The notes below the pieces were generated by a model that was not told the DNA's origin, searched no databases, and worked only from the letters and a program-made list of their open reading frames with translations. Positions 49,301 through 59,589 of a stretch of 64,000 nt of DNA are shown here, one piece after another; within the stretch, counting starts at the first letter, position 1, and each line of letters opens with the position of its first letter. The position numbers and the translations under genes were made by a program. The stretch is from Promethearchaeota archaeon (GTDB lineage Archaea; Asgardarchaeota; Lokiarchaeia; Sigyniarchaeales; SOKP01), in assembly GCA_030599585.1 (NCBI GenBank), contig JAUVNS010000001.1:32001-96000 (forward strand), in the 5' to 3' direction.

Positions 49301-50296
49301 ATGATTAAAGAGGAAGAGAAAGATACTTCTACTGACCAAAATAGAAGGATTTTAAGCATAGATGTATTTAAAGGGTTAACTATCCTTTTAATGGTTTTTC
49401 TTAACACTTTTCATCCCTACGACGACGTTCCAGCTTGGTCTAAACACGCTGGGGAATACGGACTAACATATGTTGATTTAGTAGCACCTTTTTTTGTATT
49501 TATGCTGGCGCTTAATATGAAAATCTCATATAGACGCCGTGCTGAAAAATTTGGAAAGAAAAGAGTGGTATTAAGATTTGTACGCAGATTTTTAATTTTC
49601 ATTGCCATAGGTTTGTTATTAACTATATATATCGATTACGACGGTTTTTACTTTCGATGGGGTACTCTTCAAGTGTTAGGGTTTTCAGGATTAATGGTAT
49701 TACCTCTACTCGAATTAAAACCATTTGTGAAGCTAACCTTTGCCATCGTTTTTATGGTTTTACATCAATTAATTCTTCTTACACCTGCAAGCGTAATAAT
49801 TTACGATTCGGTAGAAGGAGGTCTTTTAGCAGTACTTTCGTGGGGTTCTATGATGATTTTATCCTCGTTTTTATCCGAGGGATTAGAGAAGGGTAAAGAA
49901 CATGTAAAGCACTATTTCTTGTATGGGGGGTTGATTTGCTTACTAATTGGGATTGGAACTGGATTCTTTTTGGGTGTAAGTAGATCTTATATTTCGCTTC
50001 CTTATATTTTAATTAGCGTAGGAATAGCATCGATGCTATATTATCTTTTATCCTTTATATTTGAAGAATGGAAAACTAATTATAATTTCGTTAAAAATGA
50101 GAAGATATTCAGCGTTGTAGGGAAGAACGCGTTTATTTTTTATCTAATTCATATGTTGATTGCTTTCACGATTTATTCGATATTTCCTTTCGATACTCCT
50201 AGCATAATTCTTTTCCCATTAGCTATCGTTCATACTGCTTTCATCTGGCTCCTAGCGTATTTTATGAACAAACTGGAAATTTATATCGTAATATGA
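49301..50296 (+). CDS. HGSNAT/DUF1624-like membrane acyltransferase
   Basis: RILSIDVFKG..M...N, H..YGLTYVDLVAPFF, GTLQ. Confidence 0.8.
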   Translation: MIKEEEKDTSTDQNRRILSIDVFKGLTILLMVFLNTFHPYDDVPAWSKHAGEYGLTYVDLVAPFFVFMLALNMKISYRRRAEKFGKKRVVLRFVRRFLIFIAIGLLLTIYIDYDGFYFRWGTLQVLGFSGLMVLPLLELKPFVKLTFAIVFMVLHQLILLTPASVIIYDSVEGGLLAVLSWGSMMILSSFLSEGLEKGKEHVKHYFLYGGLICLLIGIGTGFFLGVSRSYISLPYILISVGIASMLYYLLSFIFEEWKTNYNFVKNEKIFSVVGKNAFIFYLIHMLIAFTIYSIFPFDTPSIILFPLAIVHTAFIWLLAYFMNKLEIYIVI

Positions 50297-50349
50297 GATT
50301 GAATATCTTAAAAGAACAGTTTCTATAACTAATTGTAGAAATATCTAAG

Positions 50350-51537
50350 TTAAAAATAATCTCTTACTCGAAACCATCTATACGACCTGATCCCTTGTGT
50401 TACTTCTAGTAATTTTTCTCTCATCATTTTTAGTAATAAATGCGTAGGATAATACTTTAATAGCGTATTAACTCGATTAAAAATAAGCCATCTTAGCTTC
50501 ATTGTGTATTGAAACTCAGAGTAAAGATATTTAGTTAATAAGTGTAAATAGAAGCTGGTAGATTTCTTTACGTTTTGTAAATTTTTTAAAATTGCGTAAG
50601 AGGCGAATTCAGCGGTTTTTTGTGCGTAATAAATTCCCTCACCCCAATATGGATCAGCAATACCCGCCGCATCACCTATTAACATTACTTTGTTTTTATA
50701 AATAGGAGTGACTTTGAAATTTCCATAGGGGATAGGATGCCCATGGATTTCGGAAATATCTTCTGGATTTATACCCAACGCAGATATAAAATTATGCAAC
50801 GCTTTTTTAAAAAAGCCTTTATTTTTTCTAATGAGACCTCCAACTCCAAGAATTACTTTATCTTTATTTGGAAACAACCAATTATATCCATATTTTAAAA
50901 ACCCTAATGAAATCATAGGATATTTGAAAAGCTCTTTATCTAAATCCTTTCTATCAATAAAACACTCCAGTCCTGTAGCTAAATTATAATTCCATTGCTC
51001 TTTTTTAATTATTCGATTACGGATAAATTCTTGCTTCACTATACTATTAACTCCATCAGCGCCTATGATAATATTTGCTTTAAATGTATCACCTTTCGAT
51101 AAACTTATTTCGCAAGATTGTAAATTTACCTTCTCAACTTTATCTCCTTCGATTACATCTACGCCAGCTTCCTTCGCCTTGTCCAAAAGGAAATTATCAT
51201 ATACTAATCTGTCCACGAAGTAAAAAGGAAACTGGGAAATATTGCTTGACATAATCCTTTTTACTTTATAATTAATTTCAAAACGATTTGTAAAATAATT
51301 TATAATATGCTTATCCAGAAGTGATTCCACCGTTTCGCCGAATATTCTCTTTAAAAGCTTAAAAGTTTTAAAAGTCAGGATACCACCACATAGCTTTTGT
51401 CGAGGAAATATATCTTTATCGATTATTTGTACATTGAGTCCGAGTCTCTTTAATAAATAACCCGCAGTAGATCCGCCTGGGCCTCCACCAACTATGATAA
51501 CATCGTAATCAACAGTTTGTTGAGAAATTTTGTCCAC
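50350..51537 (-). CDS. Geranylgeranyl reductase family flavoprotein
   Basis: GGGPGG, FPRQKLCGG, GADG, YNWLFP, GDAAG..DP..GEGI. Confidence 0.9.
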   Translation of the reverse strand: MDKISQQTVDYDVIIVGGGPGGSTAGYLLKRLGLNVQIIDKDIFPRQKLCGGILTFKTFKLLKRIFGETVESLLDKHIINYFTNRFEINYKVKRIMSSNISQFPFYFVDRLVYDNFLLDKAKEAGVDVIEGDKVEKVNLQSCEISLSKGDTFKANIIIGADGVNSIVKQEFIRNRIIKKEQWNYNLATGLECFIDRKDLDKELFKYPMISLGFLKYGYNWLFPNKDKVILGVGGLIRKNKGFFKKALHNFISALGINPEDISEIHGHPIPYGNFKVTPIYKNKVMLIGDAAGIADPYWGEGIYYAQKTAEFASYAILKNLQNVKKSTSFYLHLLTKYLYSEFQYTMKLRWLIFNRVNTLLKYYPTHLLLKMMREKLLEVTQGIRSYRWFRVRDYF

Positions 51538-51712
51538 CTATAAAAATAATGATATGATCAAATAGTTAACCCGTTTTTCTATTTATATTTTTAAGTTTAA
51601 AATCTTTTTCTTAAAAAAAAAAAATTTTAAATTTAAAGGTAAATCTAAGCATAGTAAATTTTCATAGATAAAGCTTATAAAAAAGAATTGCATAATTGTT
51701 ATTTGCACTTTT

Positions 51713-52045
51713 TTGTATATTATATTCACAGGAATTAATATGAATATCTTAGAAGAACAATTTCATTTGTTTGAAATAGATGAGGAAAACGAAGATTTTA
51801 TGAAAATTGAAGTTGAAAACGGTCCAATTCAAACTCCTTTAGATACATCATCAATTTTTATAATTGTGGACCCTGTAAATAAAATAGTTTGGATATATCA
51901 CGGAAAGAATGTTAATGTTAGAAAGAAATTTATTGCGGCTCAAAAAGTACCAAATATACGAGACAATTATGGAATAGATTTTAAAATTGTAGCCGTTGAC
52001 GAGGGAAGTGAACCGTCTAAATTTAAGGAAATCGTAGGTCTATAA
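51713..52045 (+). CDS. Single gelsolin/villin-like domain protein
   Basis: LDTSSIFIIVD..IVWIYHG..VDEGSEPSKFKE; the start is probably ATG 51740. Confidence 0.75.
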   Translation: MYIIFTGINMNILEEQFHLFEIDEENEDFMKIEVENGPIQTPLDTSSIFIIVDPVNKIVWIYHGKNVNVRKKFIAAQKVPNIRDNYGIDFKIVAVDEGSEPSKFKEIVGL

Positions 52046-52182
52046 CAATTTCTCTACTCTAAAATGTTCGAAAAAATTACATTAGGGCAAAGATCATAAT
52101 ATGTAGATGTCGTTCTACGAATACGGGTGTATACACAATTTAGCGTGAAATGAATCTTTCACGATCTTTATGTTAATTGTAT

Positions 52183-53220
52183 TTATTGCAACAAGTTATA
52201 AAGCGATTTCGCTATAGTATAAAAGGCATATTCAACATTTTCACCAGTTAAAGCGCTGGTTTCAATGTATCCTAAATTAAGGTAACTCGCGAGATCAGAC
52301 CCTTTTTCAGAAGTGCTCTCTGAAGATTGGCCAATATCTTTTTTATTTCCAATAATATAACCTGTTAAAGCCGGTCTATCTGTTAGCTGGTTCTGAATGT
52401 CATAATACCAATTTGAAACGCTTTCTAGCGAGTTTGGCTTTGATAAGTCGAAGATGAGGAATATGCCATCAGATCCTAAATAGAATTGTTGTCTCATAGT
52501 TTCGAATTTTGCTTGTCCTGCTATGTCCCATAGAACCAATTGTATGTAAGACTCTTCTATTTGAAATATCTTATCCGAGACGTGCACCCCAAGTGTTGGA
52601 ATATAATGCCTTCGAAACGCGTTGTTAGTGAATCTTAATATTAACGAGGATTTACCAACAGAGGGATCGCCACAGATAATTATTTTAAATTTATAATTAA
52701 TTAACTTAGCTTCTTTTATTTTCTGATCAGGAAAAGCTTTTGCGTTTTCCTCAGCGATCTCGTTATTTTTAAACTCGGTTAAAAATTGGTCAATAGTGAG
52801 GAAAATTTCATTTAAAATATCTATATAATTCTCTCTTGGAGCTTTTGATTTTTGCAAGTGTGCAACTTTTTCAGCCACTTCTTCAAATGGAGCCTGAAAA
52901 TAATTCAAATATTTATAAAAGATAACATCGTCAGATTCCTTAAACAATAAGGTAATTGCTCCTTGCCCAATTCCGCCTCGTCTGGACTCATCGTTCCATT
53001 TTATATATTTTATTAATCCTTTTAAATTTAAGGAAGGAAATGGAAGAATTACTAACGATTCAGGAATAAGACCATCTTCTCCTGATAGAACTGTAATTGT
53101 CTTAACACTAATATGAATTCTACTCGATTGAGGAACATCTCCTAACCATACAAATGGATTTGGCCCAAGTTCGTCGTCCAATTCTGTGTACAATATTCCC
53201 TTTATTAGTTTAGCTTCCAT
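52183..53220 (-). CDS. Longin/uDENN-like domain fused to Rab-like small GTPase
   Basis: GDPSVGKSS, PTLG, WDIAGQ, GNKKD, ETSA; ~170-aa N-domain with LDDELGP. Confidence 0.9.
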   Translation of the reverse strand: MEAKLIKGILYTELDDELGPNPFVWLGDVPQSSRIHISVKTITVLSGEDGLIPESLVILPFPSLNLKGLIKYIKWNDESRRGGIGQGAITLLFKESDDVIFYKYLNYFQAPFEEVAEKVAHLQKSKAPRENYIDILNEIFLTIDQFLTEFKNNEIAEENAKAFPDQKIKEAKLINYKFKIIICGDPSVGKSSLILRFTNNAFRRHYIPTLGVHVSDKIFQIEESYIQLVLWDIAGQAKFETMRQQFYLGSDGIFLIFDLSKPNSLESVSNWYYDIQNQLTDRPALTGYIIGNKKDIGQSSESTSEKGSDLASYLNLGYIETSALTGENVEYAFYTIAKSLYNLLQ

Positions 53221-53364
53221 CGTAAGGCGATCGTAATAAAAACAAAAAATTGAAAATTTCTTAATATTATTATCGTGTAGAAATATAAATATTAACGCTT
53301 TTTAGAGTGAAAAAGTTTTAATTATGTTTGAAATACAAATAAGAAGAGATTAAAATGGTAAAAA

Positions 53365-53652
53365 TTAATCTTTTATATTTTCTAAGAGTGAGATTATCCG
53401 ATAAATAGTAGTTCGCGAATGAAATGGAATATTTGCATCTTGAGATAAGTCTGTAATCATATACATTACACTACTGGCAAGAACTGCGGGAGAATCATCT
53501 TCACGCTTTAATTCCTCGATTCCTTTGCTCGCAACTCGTTTTATATTTCTTGGAACGCCTCGGTCGTTAATCATTCCATTAAGTAGGTAATCCACTTTTG
53601 AAAATGCATCCAAGATATCTTCAGTAAATTCTGGTCCCCTTGGCATAATCAT
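53365..53652 (-). CDS. UPF0147 family archaeal protein
   Basis: DRGVPRNIKR, D.NIPFHSRT.I..IISLLE. Confidence 0.88.
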   Translation of the reverse strand: MIMPRGPEFTEDILDAFSKVDYLLNGMINDRGVPRNIKRVASKGIEELKREDDSPAVLASSVMYMITDLSQDANIPFHSRTTIYRIISLLENIKD

Positions 53653-53791
53653 CTCACTTTTTAATTTAGTCTAAAAAAAATAATAATAAAATACTCTATT
53701 ACTTGACTTTTTAAATATTGATTAAAATTTAATTTTTTTGATTTTCTAATATAAATAAATAGAGAAGTAGGGAAAGAATAATGATAGAAGA

Positions 53792-56707
53792 CTAGAAAAT
53801 TCCAAATTCACGTATTTTTTTCGTTAATTTTGGAATTTCTTCTTCGAACGTTTTTAATTGATTTTGATATCTATCATAAATTTCACTAAACGCTGAGCTT
53901 CCAGCTTGATTCAAATCTTTAACGAAATCATAAGATATTTCAGATATCTCTGTAAAAACATTATTAAATTTCTCAGTAATTTCTACTAACTTCGGTTCGA
54001 CCTTTTTTCTTTGTTTCCTTTTCATGTTCCTCAATTTTCCTCGAGGGATTCTTATATTATCTATTAGCTTATCACATTTATCCAAAAATAAATATGTGTC
54101 CACTCGATTCTCTTCCGGTAAATTAGTTTCAATGATCTCGGTACGCCAAGTATTTATTCGTCCTCGCGCAAATGTGTCAAAATTAAGGGAAATAGAATCG
54201 ATACCTTCCCTGACTAAAAACCGTAGAAATTCGGGATCGTCACTAGGAGCTTGACCACAAATACCGACTTTTCTATTTCGTTCATGGGCAGTTTTTATCA
54301 AGTGACTTACCGATCTCCGAATTGATTCGCTGTTTGTGTTATAATCGTAATCATTCATGAGGGGAATCATTTTTTCGTTGTCTCTACCTACACCATATGT
54401 TAATTGGGTAAGATCATTGCTTCCGATGCTGAAGCCGTCGAAATATTCGCAGAATATGTCGGCACATATGATATTCGATGGAATCTCGGCCATAACATAG
54501 ACCTTAAGACCGTCCTGACCTCTAATTAATCCTTCGTTTTCCATAATCTCTATGATTTTCTTGGCTTCCTCGGGACTTCGACAGAATGGAAGCATTGGAA
54601 TTATGTTGATCAGCCCCCATGCTCTCGCTTTTTTAATTGCTTTCAGTTCTAAAATGAAGGCCTCTTGGAATTCTTCGTGAACGTAGCGTGAACAGCCCCT
54701 AAAACCAAGCATAGGATTATTTTCATCTCCTTCGTATATCCATCCTCCGATTAGATTTGCGTATTCATTAGTCTTGAAATCTGAAAGACGTACTACGCAT
54801 TCAGCTAACTCCCCATTTGGTAATATTTTCCAGACTCCGGCTGCGATAGTGGCAATTCCTTCTGCTAGTTTTTCAATATAAAATTCTTCCTTGTCGTCGT
54901 AACCCGCTGTAAGTTCCCTAATCATGTCAAGAGTTTCCTTCAATTTCAAAATTTCTCTATTAAATGGATCTTTGTGGTATAGATCGCTTTTCTTGATGTT
55001 TTCAATTTTTTTCCTATGATCTAGCAAAACTCCATACCTCATAACTAGGGAATCAAACGCGATCAAAGCGTTAGGGTGTATCCGAATCTCGTCGTTTATA
55101 ATAAATTCTAACCGGGCTAAACCAGTACCATCAGGATATTTGCCTGAAGATAAAGCCCCCTTAGGGATTCCTAAATTAACTAAAACTTGAGTTTTGGTCG
55201 AGGGAAGTTGTGCAAATTCGATAGAATCGAAATCATACTCTACATCTTTAAGCCAGAGCCGGGGTTCTCCTTCGCTACAATCAATCGTAACGCTTTCAAG
55301 ACCGTCTCTTTGCTTTTCCTTAATTTTTTGTATTATATTATCTGCTCCTACTACTGATGCGATATTTAATTCTCGGGATACTATAGCTGCGTGACAAGTT
55401 GGGCCCCCTTTTTCAGTAATAACGCCACCTAAATTCTGCATATAAGAGGTCCAATCGGGGTTTGTTTCTTCCGTAACTAATATATCTCCTTCCTCTAATA
55501 AGTGTGCATCGTTAATAGATTCAATTACTTTGATTTTACCATATCCAATTCTACGACCTATAGCAGTTCCATTATTATCAACTAAAAAGCCATCGTTAAT
55601 GAGTTTTACAGGATCTTCTAATAAATAAAAAATTTCCTCGGTATCTCCTTTCTGTGAATGAACTGTTTCAGGTCGAGCTTGAACAATATAAATTTTACCG
55701 TCGTTGCCTAAAGCCCATTCGATGTCCATAGGTCGACCATAATGCTCCCGAATTTTGATAGCGTATTCTGTTAAAATCTTAACTTCATCCTTACTCAAAC
55801 AAAATTGTTTTTGTCTTTCTAATTCCACTGGTAAAGTTATCGTTCCACCTTTTTCGGTGTCAAAAATCATCATTTGTTCTTTTTTTACCAACTCGCGACT
55901 TATTATTTGTAAATTAGGTCCGTGCTTGAAGACAATAAACTCGTCCCCTTTCTCAACTCCTTGAACAATAAGTTCTCCTAAACCCCATGTTCCTCTAATC
56001 ACAACTACATTTGGATTTCCAGAATCGGGATCTTCAGTAAACATAACACCTGAGGATTTTACACCTTTTAACCCTCCGGCTATTTCTTGTACACCTACGC
56101 TTAATTTAACGGTAAAGTGATCGAAACCAGCTCTTTCTCTGTACATCGTAGCTCTTGTTGTGAAAATCGAGGCCATATCTTTAAGGATATATTCTAAAAT
56201 TTGATTTTCTCCAGAAATATTTAAGTGTGTATCTTGTTGACCGGCAAAAGAGGCATCAGGTAGATCTTCTGCCGTAGCAGAGCTTCTAATTGCAAAAGTG
56301 GTTTCACTTCCGATTCGACCCACCAAAATGTGGTATGCTTCGATTATCTCGTCAGCCAAACTATCAGGTATTTTGGCTTGTTCGATGACGTAACGGATAT
56401 CAGCACAAAATTTATCTACCTTTTGAATTGATTTTATATCCTCTTTTTTAAGCTCCTTTTCGATCTTGTTTATGTCTCGTTTAATGTAATTTTTTAAGGT
56501 TATCTCTTCATTTTTAATCCTAAAATAATTAGTCTCTAAAATATAATCATAAGCATCAGCTGTAACAGCAAATCCTAACGGTACTGGGATTCCAAAAGAA
56601 AGAAGTTCTCCCAAAGAAGCGTTTTTTCCTCCAACAATACCCACATCATTAGCTCGAACGTCGTCGAAAAATTTGATGTAGTGAAAGCTTGGTTTTTCTT
56701 CATTCAT
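53792..56707 (-). CDS. ppsA: Phosphoenolpyruvate synthase (pyruvate,water dikinase)
   Basis: VGGKNASLGE, RSSATAEDLPDASFAGQQDT, QARPETV, TCHAAIVSREL, FSIGSNDLTQL, GICGQAPSD. Confidence 0.96.
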   Translation of the reverse strand: MNEEKPSFHYIKFFDDVRANDVGIVGGKNASLGELLSFGIPVPLGFAVTADAYDYILETNYFRIKNEEITLKNYIKRDINKIEKELKKEDIKSIQKVDKFCADIRYVIEQAKIPDSLADEIIEAYHILVGRIGSETTFAIRSSATAEDLPDASFAGQQDTHLNISGENQILEYILKDMASIFTTRATMYRERAGFDHFTVKLSVGVQEIAGGLKGVKSSGVMFTEDPDSGNPNVVVIRGTWGLGELIVQGVEKGDEFIVFKHGPNLQIISRELVKKEQMMIFDTEKGGTITLPVELERQKQFCLSKDEVKILTEYAIKIREHYGRPMDIEWALGNDGKIYIVQARPETVHSQKGDTEEIFYLLEDPVKLINDGFLVDNNGTAIGRRIGYGKIKVIESINDAHLLEEGDILVTEETNPDWTSYMQNLGGVITEKGGPTCHAAIVSRELNIASVVGADNIIQKIKEKQRDGLESVTIDCSEGEPRLWLKDVEYDFDSIEFAQLPSTKTQVLVNLGIPKGALSSGKYPDGTGLARLEFIINDEIRIHPNALIAFDSLVMRYGVLLDHRKKIENIKKSDLYHKDPFNREILKLKETLDMIRELTAGYDDKEEFYIEKLAEGIATIAAGVWKILPNGELAECVVRLSDFKTNEYANLIGGWIYEGDENNPMLGFRGCSRYVHEEFQEAFILELKAIKKARAWGLINIIPMLPFCRSPEEAKKIIEIMENEGLIRGQDGLKVYVMAEIPSNIICADIFCEYFDGFSIGSNDLTQLTYGVGRDNEKMIPLMNDYDYNTNSESIRRSVSHLIKTAHERNRKVGICGQAPSDDPEFLRFLVREGIDSISLNFDTFARGRINTWRTEIIETNLPEENRVDTYLFLDKCDKLIDNIRIPRGKLRNMKRKQRKKVEPKLVEITEKFNNVFTEISEISYDFVKDLNQAGSSAFSEIYDRYQNQLKTFEEEIPKLTKKIREFGIF

Positions 56708-57025
56708 GACAAAATCACTAAAATTTTATTTTTCTATTACTTTTTTTTTAAGTTTTTTATGCTTAAAAAAATTGTTAATTTTATTAGATGCATATAATCC
56801 TCTTTTCCCATTAAGTACTAATTTTAAAATTAAACATTTAAAAGAAAATCTGTATTCCATGGACTCCTCATGCATTAACAAATGCTTAAAGGTCATTTTT
56901 AGTAACCCGTTATTTTATTACACAAATGTAAAATTTATATTACACTGTTTCTAATTATTAATTACTTCGGAATTTTTAGTAGAAGTAAATTTCTAAAGGA
57001 ATTAATAACGAGATGAATGTGAAAA

Positions 57026-57352
57026 ATGCCATATATGTTTACAACGTCTTCTTACCCGACCGATTTAAGAGAAGAAGCAGTCGAAGCTTATTTTAAAATG
57101 TTAAAAGAAATGCCTTTTGATAAATCTCTCGGAAAAGAAACGATAAAGGTAGCAGTCACAACCACTCCAAAGGGAGTGAAGACGTTAAGTATTATGAGCG
57201 TAAAAGAAGGTAAACTTACGGAAGCTCTTTTATGGGATTATAGAAGGATGTCTTATTTTCAGCTTATCAAGGGATTTGAGTTCAAAATTCGAGTGTGGAC
57301 AAATATAGTGGAAGCCCTAGATAGTATCAATCGAAGTTTACCAAGTCAATAA
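57026..57352 (+). CDS. Hypothetical protein
   Basis: 108-aa ORF followed by a T-tract terminator. Confidence 0.7.
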   Translation: MPYMFTTSSYPTDLREEAVEAYFKMLKEMPFDKSLGKETIKVAVTTTPKGVKTLSIMSVKEGKLTEALLWDYRRMSYFQLIKGFEFKIRVWTNIVEALDSINRSLPSQ

Positions 57353-57631
57353 AATAACTATTTTTTTTATTTTTATTCTAATATTAAATAAAATAAATTT
57401 GTTAATTTCTAGTTATAGATTAACGGTGTTAGTCATTATCCAATAATTATGGATGACTTCTACATACACAACTTAATTTATTAATACAACTTTTCTAAAA
57501 AAAAAGAAAAAATGAAAATTAAGTGAGTAAAAATGGAGTACAAAAATAATATTTTACACCTACTTAAATCTTAATCTTTACTAATATATTCAAAAAAAGT
57601 GTAAATAATTTTCTATTGACAGAATTGTGAT

Positions 57632-58165
57632 TTAATTCAAATTTAACTCCCTATTGAAAACTTCGTAATCAGAAGTGCTATATAGGCAAAAAACAACTTC
57701 CCTTATTTGAGTTTCTCCAGCAAGGTATTTTTTTACGCTAAAGATCATTATCTTTGCACATCTATCGATGGGATATCCAAAAATTCCCGTTGATATAGCT
57801 GGAAACGCAACAGTCTTCAGTTCGTGCTCGTCCATGAGTTTAAGGCTATTTAAAACGGCGTTGGTTAATTTAGAATCCTCATCGCCCTCACCCATACGAG
57901 GTCCAACAGCGTGAATAACAAATTTAGCTTTTAAATTCCCTCCTGTTGTAATAACAGCACCACCTACGAATGTCCCTCCAATTTTATTACATTCTTCTTG
58001 AATTGTTGAACCTCCTGTCCGTCTAATCGCACCCGCTACTCCTCCACCAAGGATTAATTGGGCATTCGCGGCGTTGACTATAACATCAGTGTCTAAATCT
58101 GTTATATCTGCTTGCACAATTTTGATCAAAGAGTTTTTAACAACTATAGAATACATTTTGTCCAA
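57632..58165 (-). CDS. Macro domain (ADP-ribose binding/hydrolase) protein
   Basis: DIT, IVNAAN..L..GGGVAGAI, VIHAVGP, FPAISTGIFGYP. Confidence 0.95.
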   Translation of the reverse strand: MDKMYSIVVKNSLIKIVQADITDLDTDVIVNAANAQLILGGGVAGAIRRTGGSTIQEECNKIGGTFVGGAVITTGGNLKAKFVIHAVGPRMGEGDEDSKLTNAVLNSLKLMDEHELKTVAFPAISTGIFGYPIDRCAKIMIFSVKKYLAGETQIREVVFCLYSTSDYEVFNRELNLN

Positions 58166-58209
58166 AGTTTATATGTGCAACTCCAAAAATAAATAATAAA
58201 AAAATAAAA

Positions 58210-58959
58210 TTATTCTGGTTGGGGTTCTTGGCCTTTCTTTAAAATCTCATCAAGTTGAGAACGATCTTCGTCACTCATTTTCGACATCGCGTCCATGTTT
58301 TGCTTCATTAAATCCATCATTACTTTCTGTGAAATTAACTGGCTTAATACTGGTAAAGCAATCCTCATTCGAGTGAGTTCATAGAACATTTGTTTCGCTG
58401 TGTCTCTCATATCCTTCAAGTTTTCTTTAGTCATTCCTTCCTCACCTATTCCAGGGCATTCTACATCGACAACAGTGAAATTTTTTCCATCAAATTCTAA
58501 CGGATAAGTTCTGCAACTCAGAGGGCGGTTATCATACACTAAACATTCTTTTTTCTCTTTGTTATAGAGAGCACACTTAATTTCTAGTAAATCTTCTATT
58601 GGAACTCCACCAAATGGATCCCGTGGTTTTTCTTCTTCACCTTCTTTTGGAGTAGGTGGTAAAGGTTTTAGGACCAAATCAATTCCTCCACTTGGTTTAT
58701 TATATATATCCAAATATGGTAAAAAGTTCGTAACAACGCCATTTCTTGCCCACAATTCAAGATCCCAAAAGGTAATCGGTATCGGTCCACGAGTTAAACA
58801 ACATTTATCGGATCGAGTACACTTAAATGTGAATTTTGCTTTTGGCTCTTCAATGTCGGTCTTGGTCTCAGATTCCTCTTTGATGTCCTCTATTTTCTTA
58901 TCTTCTTCTTTTACTTCCGGTTTTTCATCATTTTTATTATTTTCAACCATAACAAACAC
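58210..58959 (-). CDS. YkgJ-family (CxxCxxCC) cysteine cluster protein
   Basis: FKCTRSDKCC, CALY..CLVYDNRPLSCRTYP, CPGIG. Confidence 0.85.
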   Translation of the reverse strand: MFVMVENNKNDEKPEVKEEDKKIEDIKEESETKTDIEEPKAKFTFKCTRSDKCCLTRGPIPITFWDLELWARNGVVTNFLPYLDIYNKPSGGIDLVLKPLPPTPKEGEEEKPRDPFGGVPIEDLLEIKCALYNKEKKECLVYDNRPLSCRTYPLEFDGKNFTVVDVECPGIGEEGMTKENLKDMRDTAKQMFYELTRMRIALPVLSQLISQKVMMDLMKQNMDAMSKMSDEDRSQLDEILKKGQEPQPE

Positions 58960-59083
58960 TAATAAAAGTTTGATAAATTTTGATACTTTTCAATTTAAAG
59001 AATTAATCATTGAAAAAAAATTTTCTTTTTTTATATGATAAATTGGTATACTATTCTTTAAATTTTAGGTGCTATTGTTTTAT

Positions 59084-59347
59084 TTAATCGTAAAGTGCTA
59101 AGAGTACAAACTGAATTATCACTGGCAATGTAAATATACCTATAAAACCTAATATAATACCGATAATCGATAGAACTTCAGAATCGTCATATTTCGATCC
59201 AATAACTCCAAATATGATCGCCGCTCCCGGTAAATAGTAATAGGTAAAAAAATATAAGCATAATGGAAATACTAAGCAAATAAAATACCATGCAAAGAAG
59301 CCGAATATACCACAAAGTAATGAAATAATCCCAAAAATTTTTCTCAT
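59084..59347 (-). CDS. Small 3-TM protein (paralog of 41878..42153)
   Basis: MRKIFGIISLLCGIFGFFAW..YYLPGAAI; start moved to ATG 59347 by alignment with the paralog. Confidence 0.7.
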   Translation of the reverse strand: MRKIFGIISLLCGIFGFFAWYFICLVFPLCLYFFTYYYLPGAAIIFGVIGSKYDDSEVLSIIGIILGFIGIFTLPVIIQFVLLALYD

Positions 59348-59528
59348 TTCATTCACTAAACTTAGTTTTATTAAGTTGATCCTTGAAAAATTCTTTTTTT
59401 TATTTATCTTTTGATTTGGAAATGCATTTAATTGTGAAAAATTCGATCTCCTTTTCACTTCATTCTAATTGCCTATTTAAAGGAAGACTAATATGTTTTA
59501 ACAAATAATCTTAAAAATATTATTACAT

Positions 59529-59550
59529 TTCCTAGTAAGTCTACTAGGAA
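59529..59550. promoter_or_regulatory. Perfect dyad TTCCTAGTA-N4-TACTAGGAA
   Basis: 9-bp perfect arms about 40 nt upstream of the archaeosortase gene, in a divergent intergenic region. Confidence 0.5.
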
Positions 59551-59589
59551 CTAAATCTAGAGTCAATTTATCAGTTTTAGGACAACATT

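Noticed and set aside
52089-52169. tRNA gene
   Set aside because: Cloverleaf-like size but no T-loop (TTCRA), D-loop GG or 7-nt anticodon loop
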